In this document: in pieces, positions 12,636 through 25,170 of the stretch | Numbering within the stretch: position 1 is the stretch's first letter | Layout: the number at the start of each line of letters is the position of its first letter | Source of the DNA: Lepidodermella squamata | Taxonomy: Eukaryota; Animalia; Gastrotricha | Length of the DNA: 64,000 nucleotides | Direction of reading: 5' to 3' | Assembly: GCA_047495785.1 (NCBI GenBank) | Contig: JBLDXI010000066.1 | Coordinates: 711,701-775,700 of the forward strand | Notes under the pieces: generated by a model | Database searches by the model: none | Seen by the model: the letters and a program-made list of their open reading frames with translations, nothing else | What the model was told of the DNA's origin: nothing | Made by a program: the position numbers and the translations under genes

Positions 12636-14165
12636 TTTATGGCAAAATACTTTCGATTCAGGATCAAGTTGCGAAAGAAATAGTAAGAAAAACTTCGAAA
12701 AGCGTAAGCGTGTACTAATTAGTGTCGTAATATTTGCCATGTTTATTGGCTGTTGGCTTGACATCATGTCCCAGGTGTTAAGTGAGAAGTGAGAGTCGCA
12801 CTGCTCAGATAGTTAGCAACGTTCACACTGATAAGCTGGATCGCGTCTCGAGGATGAATCAAAACTGACGTGACAAAGCATTTTGCGATTCATTTATGTC
12901 AAAATATATGAGGGATAGTGACGCTTACTCCTAAGGCTGAAGTAGCGAGAGGTCGCTTCATCGCAGCGAACTGCGATATCTCACAGTCATCCCTACATCC
13001 CTACAATTTGGGCAATAATTGAAGGCAATTCTTTAATATACACCCTGATTAATGCACTCATCATAGTCCGGGGTGACTCGCATGCGTCGACATTTTTGAA
13101 TATGATGATATTTATCTAATTTCAAATGCGACTTATTTAGGTGTCAGGTGACGGTTAGAACAATTCTATTATGATTGACTTCATATCTTTATCTGGTTAG
13201 TGTCTCGGAGTGCGACACCCCAGCACCCCTGTAATTCGCACCCTGTCCTTTACGCATTCGCGTCAATTTTACCGAAAAATAAGCAAATATAGCTAAGACC
13301 TTAGGTCGGTTGGGGTGCGCGTAAATCTTCCTCCCGGTAATGTTTCCTCAATAATAGTTAAGTTCGGCAGGCCAACACATCAAAAAACAGCAAAAAAAAC
13401 AGCAAAAAACCCACAGGGGACCCTTTGATTATGAATTTTGGGCCCGAAAATACCACCTAGTTCGAGGATCCTACTTCGCGCACTGCTCACTAGGTCACTC
13501 CGGGTTCACGAAGTCACTAGCCTTCAGTTGCGTCATCTTGGTTAGTCGATACATGCGGGGCAGTATTTGGTGACAGTGATTGTCTTCAACCTAACGGGCT
13601 TGAAAAATTCACTGAGCTGTAAACGATCTTTTTTTAATTGATGTTCATCTAAAGGGAGTTGCCCGTCAACTGTCAAAGGCGGACATGCTTTAACAAACTT
13701 GCTAAATTTATACCAAACAATAGTTCTGGCAACTTCTGGTACTCCACTGCTTTTTGTGTTATAATGGGGCTGATGCATGAGACTGATCCCCTTATTTGTG
13801 CCAACAGTCATTGTTGGCTGTGTTTTCACGATAAATAAATCAAACAGTTTTTTACTGGCCAAATTTTGTTTCAGAGAATCGCTCATCGATTGGCTCCGAG
13901 AGAATTGATCAGGGTCTTATTGGAATGGCGAAGTTATAAATGATAGCATTTGGAGGTTATATCCCCCAAAAAGCAGTTGTATGCCACAAATAATGCATGT
14001 TTTTATTTGTACTTGTTTGAGTTAAGTTAGTGCAGGTGGGAGGTGGGTACATGGTACATCAGTATTCCAGAAAAAAAGACAGCGGGTCAAAAAGTAAGTA
14101 ATGATATCACGAAAAGAGAAATTCTCTCTACATCAGTAACAATCCGCTTCGGAAGTACAATGCTG

Positions 14166-14500
14166 CTATTCAGGAATTTCAACTACGTCGAACGTCTCTG
14201 TTATAACAATGCGCCGAGTCTTCTGGTCTATCTGCCTGAGCTTCTTGCTCAGAATACCGTTGAAGCCGGGCTGCTGATTGTTGTTGAAATCACTTGCAAT
14301 TCGCGAGCGCATCAAATGCTCAATTTCGGTTGAATCGCTGAGATGTCGCGAAGCGATGTTCGCTCTTCAGACAGAGGCTGTTGTTGCTCGGGTTCATCGA
14401 CTTGAAGCACTTCGTCATTCAAATCCTGTAGAAAGGCGAACGAGGACAAGCAACGACTTGTGAGGCTTGAAATCAACAGGCAAGTCAAAGCAAAACGCAT
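14166..14500 (-). pseudogene. Paralogue of the secreted prepropeptide with an internal frameshift
   Basis: MRFALTCLLISSL..FLQDLNDEVLQVDEPEQQ in one frame; MRSRIASDFNNNQQPGFNGILSKKLRQIDQKTRRIVITETFDVVEIPE* in another. Confidence 0.55.
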
Positions 14501-15118
14501 TTTTCGAAATAAATTGTAAAATGAGGACCAAATAATTGAGAATGAAATCACAGTTGAAGTCGAAGGGGTCTATATAGTTTACTAATTAGGTAGTGTCGGA
14601 ATATAAGGTAGCAGTCATTTTTATGGTACAACCTTACATTTGAATTCACACTGTTCTATGTTATCAACGTCCACACCGATGTGCTGGATCGCGTCTCTGC
14701 AGGATGTATCAGCGCTGATGTGACAAGATTAAAGCATTTTTCGATTCGATTATGTTCCTATATTTCGTTTAAGGACTAATGACCCTTGTCCTACGATCGA
14801 GGCTTAAGTAGGCTGCAATACTAGGTGAAAGGACGCGGTGAATGTAAGTTTCATTACGTACTGCTCGAAAATTTGAGCGGCTTCAATCAAAGGCCAGCCT
14901 CCCCAATTACACTCTTACTTAAGGAGGGCGTGATTTTTGTGAGTGACAAAATTTATTTGATTTAAAAGCGCGACTTGATGTAATTTGAAAATCCCTAAAA
15001 TGTATGCATCAGCTGATATCGCGTCACAGTTCACTGAATTGTGTTAAAATTTGCCACATAACTGCACATTTATATATTTTTTTTAACCAAAGAAGATCTT
15101 CGCATTGTCAGTTATGAA

Positions 15119-16103
15119 ATGAATTGCAACACATATATCAGAAAATCCGTCTTCTTCGCAGGAGCGAAGGTGCTGCAATTCCTACATTTCAGCTCGGCAG
15201 TTTCGAACGCTCTTCTCGCCTTTTGGTGGGCCATCAACTTCTTCGACGCAACGTCATGCCTAAATGAATGCCATTGCAGAGAAGCAACCACCCCAGGCAT
15301 CGTCGCGATATGTTCAGCTATTCTGTATCTATCTCTTGTCTTCATCATTGAAAGCAGGCGAAATTGGGCCACAGAATGCAGAGAGCAGTATAGATTCCTT
15401 ATTGGCCTATATGCAACAGGCGCTTTGCTTCTAATTCCGATTATTCCCGCCCTGGTCATTTCACGTTACAAATGGATTAATGCGACTAGTAAACACGTTC
15501 CAGTCAACATTTTACCACGATGGCATCCGGACAATTTTCTATCGCTTGATAACATATTCCTGGCCACGATTGTGTCCTCAATCGCTTCAATCACGATTCA
15601 TCTCATTAGGGCGGTAATCACTTTGGATATGCAAAATCGCGAGATCGCATCGGAAACTGATTTCTTCATCTATAGGATTGATAAACTTCACAGCTTCAGA
15701 TCTCTGGCGATCTTAAAGTGTCTGCTGAGTTTCGTCCCGTCTGTAACCTGTATGATTTACGTTAAGAATAGTGTCATGTCAAAATTCGGCCTTCTCGATC
15801 GTGCTAGATGGCTTTACATTCAATCATATGCAAATACGGCTTTGTTCCACCGTTTCGCGTTTTTTCTAACGCATTCGGTCATATTCAGCTGGGCGTCTCC
15901 GGTTTCAGTCACGTATGAACGGCCGTTGCAGACGAAAACCGCTTTTGCTATGTTTTTGATCGATTCCTTCGGGCTAGCGGCCTTCTTGCTGTATGCGGTG
16001 CTTGAGCGTTGCCGTGTTGCTTCCCAGCTTATTGTACATGGTGCTAGGAGGACTTAATCTTGCAGTTTTATTCGTCGATTTTCTCCTCCATTCTTTCCCC
16101 TAA
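15119..16103 (+). CDS. Multi-pass membrane family copy B, frameshift near the 3' end
   Basis: WWAINFFDATSCLNEC and RFAFFLTHSVIFSWASPVS; terminal LGGLNLAVLFVDFLLHSFP* lies in a different frame ending at 16103. Confidence 0.7.
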
Positions 16104-16422
16104 TCAGTTTGAAATTATCTCATTCCGTAATTTGCATTGAAAATAAAATATCTCACGAATGTACGGGAAGAGATTCCCTTTTTAGAAGTAGCTGGGGTTC
16201 AATTGTGCAAATTTGTAGACTGTATCGAATTTCTTAAATATGAGTAAAAATTTGGAAATCGATTGATTTGTTTGCCTTGAAGTGGGTAGCTGTCTACACA
16301 CATCTGAATCCGAGGCCACTCTTTTGGGGGTTTGGAGGGCTCTAACCAAATATTTGCTATTCAATCAAGCGCCACGCCGCAGAAGGTGATTTATTCATAC
16401 CGAACTTCTCTCAACTTCAGGA

Positions 16423-17713
16423 ATGAGGAAATTCTTAGAGTATATCCTTATTGGATTTGCTTTCCTAACTAGCGTAAGGAATGCTTCAAATAACCAAACC
16501 AAGGCTTTAATGGATGAGCTACAGAAAGAGTATATCTACAACTTTTGCCCGGTCGTTCTCTCGAAAAGTGTCCCGAGTGAGACTGTCATTCGCAACAACT
16601 TCACGCAAGCTCTCCGTGTTAAAGCTTCTGCTTACCTGTTCCGTTTTATTGAAATAAGCGACGTAGAGCAGCGATTGTCGCTGTTTCTATACTTCACCTT
16701 CCAATGGCCGTTTCCATGCCCGATTTATGAATGTAGCGAAATCGTCCATGATTCACCACTCTGTCAACTACCGAAAGATCGCGTGGAAAATTTGTACTTC
16801 TTGCTATCACCCGGCGAAATTTGGCACCCGTACCTAGCCCATATGAATGCGCACGAGATGCCGAGACCGTTCGAAAACGCAATCGATGGCGATATAACAT
16901 TCATTTTCCCTTTCTCAGCATCAGGGCCTCAAGCATATATTGGGATGTGCAGGCGGATAGATACATCCTGCCAGTCGTTTTCTTTCAAGAACTTCCCATT
17001 TGATACCCTGGAGTGCGAGATGAAGTTCGAGCCTGAGGAAAGCGTCGAATTTCTGTGGTATGATGTTGCCTTCTACGGCGTGGATCACTCGCTGAGTTCA
17101 AACCTAATAAGTGACACTGATGTTTGGGAACTCGCGTATCCTGACGATCTAGCAAAGACGTTCACTGGCGAGAGTCGAAATATCAGCGAATCCACCGGGG
17201 TTTTCTCTAGGATTGTCCTAACCAGTCGTTTTAGGCGCAAATACAACTACTACGTCGCTAGCATGATGATCCCGTCTTATGCTACATTTGTCCTCCAAAT
17301 CACATGCCTGCTGTTACCACCCAAGTTACCCGATAGGTAAATTTGAACTTCTCACCTTGTTTTTGGCTAAGATTTTACTTACCAGGCCTTCATTCGCTAT
17401 GACAGCTGTTCTAGCTAATTCTGTCCTACTTGCGATGGTTTTTTCAAGCATCCCTCCAACCTCAGAAACAGTCTATTTTGTGAATATGGTGATCATCAAA
17501 TTTATTGTTGGACTTGTAATAACAATGTACACTTTATTGACGGTCCCACTTGCTTGCTGACAGGCCAGTAAGTACAAAATCGTAATTTTTCGGTGGAAAA
17601 TCACTCGCATTCGTTTGGCTGATGCTCTCATCGCCTTGGCTACTGTTGTCATAGGATTTACTGCTGATGTTTACTATTTTTCCAGGCTGAGAAGTGAATT
17701 GAAAAGTGAATAA
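16423..17713 (+). CDS. Divergent pentameric (Cys-loop) ligand-gated ion channel subunit; intron 17337-17385; in-frame TGA at 17558-17560 before M4
   Basis: Signal peptide, EIWHPYL, Cys-loop CQSFSFKNFPFDTLEC, RRKYNYY..IPS (M1), DR|PSFAMTAVLA (M2), IPPTSE, M3; M4-like RLADALIALATVVIGF continues in frame after the TGA. Confidence 0.8.
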
Positions 17714-17954
17714 AGCCGCTATCGACATGAACTCGTGACTGCAAAGGGGAGTTGGGCAGAAAGACAACACAAGCCCGATAACGGCAGTAATTCATCTCTA
17801 TTTCGGTTGATTAGCGCATGATTCACCACTTAGCTCGTTGGCTGATAAGAAGTTGTGAATAAGACTCTGCGGTATAAAAGCAGCCGCCACCACACCGCGA
17901 GTCATTATCTACTCAAACAAACAAACAAAATCCTTTTCAAAAGTCAAAAATCAC

Positions 17955-19228
17955 ATGGGTCTAAAATCGATTCAGCTGGTCCTTGACAAAGCCTCGGTCA
18001 AGCCGATCTACCAATCCAATGATGTGATCAGTGGCTCGTGCAACTACGTCATCAATGCCGAGCGGGGCCTATTCAACTGCAACACGCAGAACGAGCAGGA
18101 GCCGATTGTACTGGAAATCACGCTTCAGGGACTGTCGAAAGTTCATTGGACTGAAACTCGTACAACAACTGTTAGTACTGGGAAATCGACCATTACGACG
18201 ACTTATACGGTCTCTTACTCATCATCGCGAACTTTGGTTAATTTGGTGAGCAGGACCACTCTGAAGGACGAAAAACTCACCCCAGGGCAACATAGCATTC
18301 CCTTCCAGTTCAAACTTCCGGAGAAGGGGTAAGTCAAGCGAAAAAACGACCTACCAAATTTTAATCACAGCTCTCAATTCACAGGCTATGCACGTCCTTT
18401 GAAGGAGCTCATGGCTTTATTCGATATTCGATCACTGCCCAACCGAAAGCATCATGGTTTGGATCCTTTTTCGTTCCTAAATCGACCTTACCTTTGAAGG
18501 TCGTCCAACGCTTGTTTACTAGCAACGCGGCCCAGTTGAAACCTGTCACAGGTACGAATTCGAAGTCTGTCTGCTGCCTGTTTCTTCAATCCGGCCCGCT
18601 AACTGTCGATGCCGAGTGCGATAGGGCTGCTTGTTATTGCCTGGGCGATGTCGCTCATCTCACGGCTGAATTCAGCAACATGTCCTCTCGAAAGGTTAAG
18701 CCTTACGTGAAACTCGTCCAAACCTGCGTTTTCACAGCCGATTGCGGGAAAATGAGGTCGACAACGAAGAGCTTCGATTTACAACCTGTGAACCAGAATG
18801 ACATGGAAAGTATTACTGCCTCGCAGTTATTGAAGGGAGCTTCGTCGAACTGGAATCAGATGGCTTTCAAACTCCCAACAGTTTCCCCCTCGATTGCTAG
18901 TGGCAATATTTCGGTGGTTTATCACTTCGAGGTGGCCATGTCAATCCCTTGGGCCTTTAACCTTCGCGTCAATTTGCCGATTTTGATGGGAACAGTTCCG
19001 TGTAAGAAACAGTCTGAAGTTAAGCCTCGAAAGGTTGCTGATAAGGCTGGCGAGATGGATTCCCTTGTTAAGAGCAACACTTACAATGACGAGGCGCCAC
19101 CTAGCTATTTTGCGACATTTTTGAATCAACAAATTGCAATTCTTCCGGAAAACTTTGATGAAGATTCACAGGAGAAAAATGGCAAGAAAAATGGAGCAAA
19201 AGGTAATGGGAAAGTCAAAGCTAAATAA
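17955..19228 (+). CDS. Alpha-arrestin (ARRDC/TXNIP-like); intron 18329-18384
   Basis: GLSKVHWTE, GQHSIPFQFKLP, spliced G|LCTSFEGAHGFIRYSI, LPILMGTVP, C-terminal PPSY motif. Confidence 0.9.
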
Positions 19229-19711
19229 TATTCTATGGTGTCATATAATATGCAAATTACTATTTTGATTAATAAAATGCGAATATATATTACTTGTTGA
19301 ATTTTGACTTTTGTGAGGAAGGTTTTACCTGCGATTCTCTATTCCCAGAGAAAAACGTGCGATGGGTGCTTCGTGCTACTACGATGCTCCCTCACTGAGG
19401 AATGCGATAGGGTTCAAAGAATTCTAATAAGGATTTTTGGCCTTTCTTCGGGTTATCCCCGGTCAAATGTTAGATAATGGATACGAAATACCTATCACTG
19501 ACGAAAGATACCGGAACCCTACAAAAATCCCCTTACAATTTTTGTTCCCTTTAATCTCAAACAAAGTGGTCAAAGATTCAAATATTCCCAGGCAACAAAT
19601 TTCCTAGAGTTCTAGAAATAAATTCAATTTTCATTGATTTTTCGCTTTCCCCGTCGCGCTAATCTGCTAAAAAGCCATATTTATACAGGACATACAATAA
19701 AAAATTGGGTA

Positions 19712-20785
19712 ATGAAAATGTTGGGCTGTGCAAAATTCTTCGATATCCTACACTGCCTAGCAGCAACAGCCAGCGTTGCATTCACATGCTGGTGGGCATT
19801 TGGTTACTTCGACGCATCAACCTGCCTAAATGAATGCCACCACCACGTTAAGCACCTGCGAGTTTCTTCCGAAAAAGGGAACTACACTAGCACTGTCGAA
19901 AAATGCACTGCGCCATGCATCGAGGCCATCCGACCTATGATCATCGCAGTTTTCGTCAATTTCACCTACTTAGCCATAGTTTTCATTTCTTTCAACAAGG
20001 AGAAGCATTCTGAGATCGGCGGTCGAATATTCCGCAATTTGATAATGACGCTGGGGTTCTGTATTTTCTGGGCCGGACCAACTGTTATGGTAATCTCTCG
20101 GCGTAGATGGATCGAGGAGAATAGGCCGTCGATGCTGGTCGAACGCTGGTCGCATGTCTTCGCAAACCGGCAAGTACCAGTTCTGGACATGCAAGAAATT
20201 TACGAAAATAACTTAATGGCATCTGTAACCACAATATCCGTCCACATTCTGCGGGGTGTTATCATTTTAATCGAAAGCTTCAAATATTCTGAAAACAAAA
20301 CTGATACAGCTTTCATTTACAAACGAACAAATCACCAAACTTTTTGCTTTGTATTACTGATGAGGCTTGCTCTTTGTTTAACCGCCCTGTTTACCTGTAT
20401 GATATTAGCATCAGCTTGGTTTTTGTCATTGTACTTTACGGAAAGTCTTGGCCGCATTGCTTTAGATTCATCATTGAGTAGTCGAATTTACGTGAGGCTA
20501 TCGTTCTTTTTGACTCATTTGATGGTTATCTGTATAGCATCCCCTGTCTCGGCCTCATATGACCGCGCTTCTCGTGCTCATCTAGCATTTTTAGCCTATT
20601 TTATCGATCTCCTAGTTTTCATTGCATTCTTAGCTTACATTGTGAAAGAGCCTCTACCAGACGTTAGGTTGAGCTTTATTTACGACTTCTCATTGATTAG
20701 CATTAATGTAGTGGTTGTTGTTCTAGATTTTCACTTGAGGGCGTTTCCAAAGTTCAGTTGCAAAAATGAAACTGAAGATTATTGA
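19712..20785 (+). CDS. Multi-pass membrane family copy C
   Basis: WWAFGYFDASTCLNEC, RLSFFLTHLMVICIASPVS, LDFHLRAFP; closest to copy A. Confidence 0.75.
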   Translation: MKMLGCAKFFDILHCLAATASVAFTCWWAFGYFDASTCLNECHHHVKHLRVSSEKGNYTSTVEKCTAPCIEAIRPMIIAVFVNFTYLAIVFISFNKEKHSEIGGRIFRNLIMTLGFCIFWAGPTVMVISRRRWIEENRPSMLVERWSHVFANRQVPVLDMQEIYENNLMASVTTISVHILRGVIILIESFKYSENKTDTAFIYKRTNHQTFCFVLLMRLALCLTALFTCMILASAWFLSLYFTESLGRIALDSSLSSRIYVRLSFFLTHLMVICIASPVSASYDRASRAHLAFLAYFIDLLVFIAFLAYIVKEPLPDVRLSFIYDFSLISINVVVVVLDFHLRAFPKFSCKNETEDY

Positions 20786-20876
20786 TGCCATCAAAAAATC
20801 TCATTTCAAATCTATAAAAGTGCCAATTCCCTGGGGACACGTCATGTATTATGCCAAATGCAAAGAATCGAATTCA

Positions 20877-21140
20877 ATGCTATTAGAAAAATCGGGCAAT
20901 GGGTTTTCTCATCTTCGCCTCACCATTATACGGCTGCGAGTTAGGGTTTCGCTAACTATGGGACATCTTCAGACCCGGTCGACAGGCAGAATCCTCCGAG
21001 ACGTGGCAAATCGCTTCGACCGCTGGCATTTTGGGAGAAATTAACGAGGTTGAACTCATCTATTCTCATGAAGCTTACAGAGTCCATCACATTGTCTATT
21101 TTTCAATGTTCATAAATAATGGTGTTACTTGTTTTGCGAT
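20877..21140 (+). pseudogene. Deleted relic of membrane family copy D
   Basis: Nucleotide similarity to the start of the 23685 gene (atgctattagaaaaatcgggcaatgggttttctcatctt vs atgctattaaaaaatcgggaaatgggtttcctcatctt) with indels. Confidence 0.65.
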
Positions 21141-21642
21141 TCGTAAGAGAATCTATGTTATAAGTAGATATAAATAGCGTTATTCTGAGACATATTAGCG
21201 ATTTGGTGATGAGAACGTTGTGAGATTGAAACTCTCAACTGAAACTCATCATTCCACATTTCGCCAAGGGATCATCACTCAAATCAGACGTATCAGACCG
21301 CTCAGTCTGAGATTTGAGCCCAAATCAGACAAAGATCGCTAATAGAAGCATGCGCCAACAACACGACTGATAACTCTCGGACAGAGATAATGTGTATAAA
21401 TCAGCATTTTTCTGTAACCACGCAGTCAACAGATGCATCTCAGTTTGATCTTCCGGCAATCTAGCGGCAGACTACGGAAATAACTTCAGAAATTAACACC
21501 ATTGAACACCCTTTTCCGCTCAATCGTTGCCTCCAAATCAGCATGAACTGGAACGGAAGACCATCCGCGCATATAAATTCCAGTGAAATCGTTATCAATA
21601 TCGTAGGAGAAATTATTTTTCAGTCGAATACATTTGAACGCG

Positions 21643-22865
21643 ATGAACAAATCCAAGGAGAGTTTGCCGCGAGCTGAGCTGGTTAACAGCGGATGGGTTA
21701 GAGTCGACCTTCCACAGCAAGGCTACGGCCACCCGAAGGAGTACTACATCGGCTATACACACGACCTATCATATCGCGGCCTGCCTGATCGTCTCATTTA
21801 TCCAATCATTGTGGGGCTTTTGTTGGTTGCACTGATAGCAGCTTGCATAGTCAATATATTTATCTACGTACGACGTGGGGTGAAGCGAGACTTCCTGATG
21901 CTAGCAACCATCGCCCACATTCGCAGCATTTCATTCACAACTAGCATGCTCATTTTATACATCGGGCCAGTTGCAACTGGCGGGTGGGATTGGCCTGATT
22001 GGACCTGCAAATCTTCTTTCGTTGGGGGTTGGATCGCTGGAATTTACGGGACCAACATCGATTCTTTGATATCGTACGAACGGCGACTTTGCTTGTCCTC
22101 AAAATCGATCAATTATCGAGCGAATACCCTAAAAATTCTGGCTATAGCTTTCGCTCAGTTGACTTATTGCACCTTGATGAGTTTAGCTTTCCTAGTTTGG
22201 CCATTCAATACAGCCAAAGTCGTGCGGTTGATTGTTTCAGGCGTGAATGATGATAAACCATTCGCCATCTGCACACAATGGGACTACAACTTCATCAACG
22301 ATTTCGACACCTCGTTTTTGATGATTGTGTATTACGCATCAAACTATAGCTCTGCGATTCCCTTTCTGGCCTACAACTACTGGAAGGCGTTCAAATCCAT
22401 CGCGAAATTGAAGGCAAGTGAAAGCCACTTCAGCACACAAGCCATTACATTGCAGTCAACAATGTCTGGCAACTTGAAAGCTATCCCGCGATGGCAGCGT
22501 CGAGAAATCTACCTGATGAAGATGTCCATACTAATGTTTGTCATTTTTGTCATCACTTTCTTGCCCGCATTTTGGTCCAGGTATGTGTCGATTTTCTGAA
22601 AACTCAAAATTAACCTAACAATTCATGTCATTGTTTTAGCTTCGCTATAGCAACTTGGAGACTCGGTTCGTTTGTTGTGGAGATAGCTTGGTTCCGCAAA
22701 TTCGCAATATGCGTTGCAATCTCCGGCTCGCTTGTATCCACCATTTTGCAATCTCTCTCACCGTCGTATCTCGAAAAACGATTTGACGCAATTGGCGATT
22801 TGTTTTCACGCATGAAAATTAGGATTTCAAAAGCATGTCGAAGCAACGCTGTTGCCTATGCTTGA
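21643..22865 (+). CDS. Divergent class A-like GPCR, copy 1 (one short intron after TM6)
   Basis: 7 hydrophobic segments, ECL1 WDWPDWTCK, TM3 ISYERR (DRY-like), TM6 FVITFLPAFW; intron ~22581-22639. Confidence 0.8.
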
Positions 22866-23020
22866 GGCTTGAAGTCCCGCCTGATGTTAACCGCCTGAGT
22901 TGGCAGTTTAGCGAGTGAACTTCCTAGTCAAATGTTGTGGAGTTGTAGTTCTATTGAGTTTCCTGGGATAGTTATTTATTCGCGAAAATTACTTTTCACA
23001 ATAGTCTAGCTCTTTGTCGG

Positions 23021-23261
23021 CCAGGGTGCGATCTTCGATCTCCGAGCTCCCGGGGATGGAAAAATTTTTTTGTTGTTTTTGTCAAAAGACTAATAACCGG
23101 TAATAACCGAGCGAAGCAAGAAAATTTTGGAGATTTTCCACTATAACACGCCCCAGAACCTTCCAAATATAACAAAACAGTGGGATAAATTCTCATTTTG
23201 TTGTCTGGCCCGGCCGAGCTGGGGGGATGATCCCCCCATCCCCCCTGAAAGTCGCACACTG
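23021..23261. mobile_element. hAT-like MITE (~240 bp)
   Basis: Imperfect TIRs CAGGGTGCGATCTTC / CAGTGTGCGACTTTC (reverse complement of right end); 8-bp TSD TTTGTCGG at 23013-23020 and 23262-23269. Confidence 0.75.
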
Positions 23262-23684
23262 TTTGTCGGTTTCAACCTTGATGTGTCACATGGCAACTAG
23301 TTAAATGCTAATTTTAATAGTTGGTATTTTTGGAATAAAACATGGTTCTCTCTCTTGGTCGAAATTCTTCATTCCTTATGTTTTACCATTTCGTACGTAA
23401 TATTAAATGAATCATTAATTATCTTTTTATTACGGCTCGCGAGGATGAAACATCTGTGTTCACGTTAAGTAGTTAAAAATGTCGAAATCTGTTAATGTTG
23501 TAGTCGTATTCATAGATTTTCGCTTGAGCGCGTTTTCCAAGTTCAGCTGCATAAATGACACTCAAGATCAATTTCTTTTGCGATCAAAAAATGGCCTACT
23601 CTTGGGATAGTCAAGTCTAATAAAAATGCGAATTCCCAGGGGAAATCTCATGTATTTGTATTATGCCAATAAGAATCGAATTCA

Positions 23685-24665
23685 ATGCTATTAAAAAATC
23701 GGGAAATGGGTTTCCTCATCTTTGGCTTATCATTCTACCTACGTTTCTTGCATTGCACTACAGCGGCAACAAACTTGGTTCTTCTCTATCTATGGAATAT
23801 CTTCAGACCCGATCGACAGACAGCATCCTCCGAAATTTGGTTATTCGCTTCAGCCGCTGGAATTCTTTACACATCTCTAGTTTTCGCTCTATCAAGCTGC
23901 GTCGATAACCAAGAGAGGAAATACCGACAATTTCAACTGATTTTGTACATAATTGGAGCCGTTCTACTAGCAGCAATGATCGTTGCTCCTGTAATCATAC
24001 GGAATGAAGCAATCACGGATGAAATAACTGAAATTGAACGGATTAATTATCCTGATTCAAGAGCTTACAGAACCCATCGCGACATTTATTTTTCAATTTT
24101 GACAAACGGACTGACTTCTTTTGCGATTCATTGCATTAGAGGGGCAAGAATCGTTGCCTACAAACATCAATCGCCCGAAATTGTTGACCCACGAGTTCTA
24201 CCGAGGCGGAAAATGTTCGTTTACCGTCCGAAAATCTTACAAACTTTCTCCTCAGTTGTTACTGGTAGATTGGTCGTCTGCTTCGCTGCTTCACTTACCT
24301 GTTTCTACGCTTCAGCGGCTGTTTTGAATTCGCCTTACACGGTTACCTTTAACTTACAACGCAACTCCAATCCGAAATACATTTTGCGCTTAGCCGGTTG
24401 GTGCCTCCATTTGATGATTATTTCATTCGCATCACCTCTTGCGGAGACTTATGAAAGACTGCATCAGGTATATGTTACTTTCGTGCTGTATGGGATCGAT
24501 ATCATCTTGATAATTGGTCTTGTGACTTGTTGCTACCTCAATCAAATTAGTTCGACTCGGCAAATCTTAGACTTGTCCCTTGCCGCAATCAATGCAGTCA
24601 CCGTGCTTTGTGATTTCTCGCTCCACTCATTTTCGGAGATTTTCGATAGCATGAATCACAATTAA
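23685..24665 (+). CDS. Multi-pass membrane family copy D (more divergent)
   Basis: RLAGWCLHLMIISFASPLAETY, CDFSLHSF; lacks the CLNEC loop. Confidence 0.7.
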   Translation: MLLKNREMGFLIFGLSFYLRFLHCTTAATNLVLLYLWNIFRPDRQTASSEIWLFASAAGILYTSLVFALSSCVDNQERKYRQFQLILYIIGAVLLAAMIVAPVIIRNEAITDEITEIERINYPDSRAYRTHRDIYFSILTNGLTSFAIHCIRGARIVAYKHQSPEIVDPRVLPRRKMFVYRPKILQTFSSVVTGRLVVCFAASLTCFYASAAVLNSPYTVTFNLQRNSNPKYILRLAGWCLHLMIISFASPLAETYERLHQVYVTFVLYGIDIILIIGLVTCCYLNQISSTRQILDLSLAAINAVTVLCDFSLHSFSEIFDSMNHN

Positions 24666-25170
24666 AAATTTGCCAAATTTCACATCGGAATCGATCTTTG
24701 AAGGACTGATACGGGTTTTAGTTACCTAGATCTATTGTCTAAACGCGATAATGAGAAAATTTTAAATTCAGGGAAGGAGTGAAACTCACATATTTTAAAC
24801 AAATTTAGAGAGCTACAGACTGAAGATTAGTGCTGGATACCTGGATTTGGGGGAAAACGGGTCACACCTTTAACGCGAAATAATTTGTTTGAGGATGAAT
24901 GAACCGAGTGTTTACAATTTCTTTCTTTCGGCACCGGATATATCTTGCAACTGTGAGCTCACAGCGATACTTGCAATCAATCTCGCTAAGCGTAGCAGAG
25001 CATGCACAGGCGCACTTGTTTCACGAAGCGGCAAAGAAAATAAACAAAACAAGAACAGGAAGAGGCGAAAAAGCAAAGCAAATGGAGCGTAAGTAACTAC
25101 TACCTCAAAACACACACACAAAGCATTTCCTTCCGATTTTGATTGAATACAGCGAATCACCTGCAGGAAA

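Noticed and set aside
13207-13245. Second hAT-like MITE end (aattcgcaccctg)
   Set aside because: Resembles the 23261 terminus, but no partner TIR or TSD was found
13542-13886. 114-aa ORF
   Set aside because: No recognisable motif, paralogue or splice support
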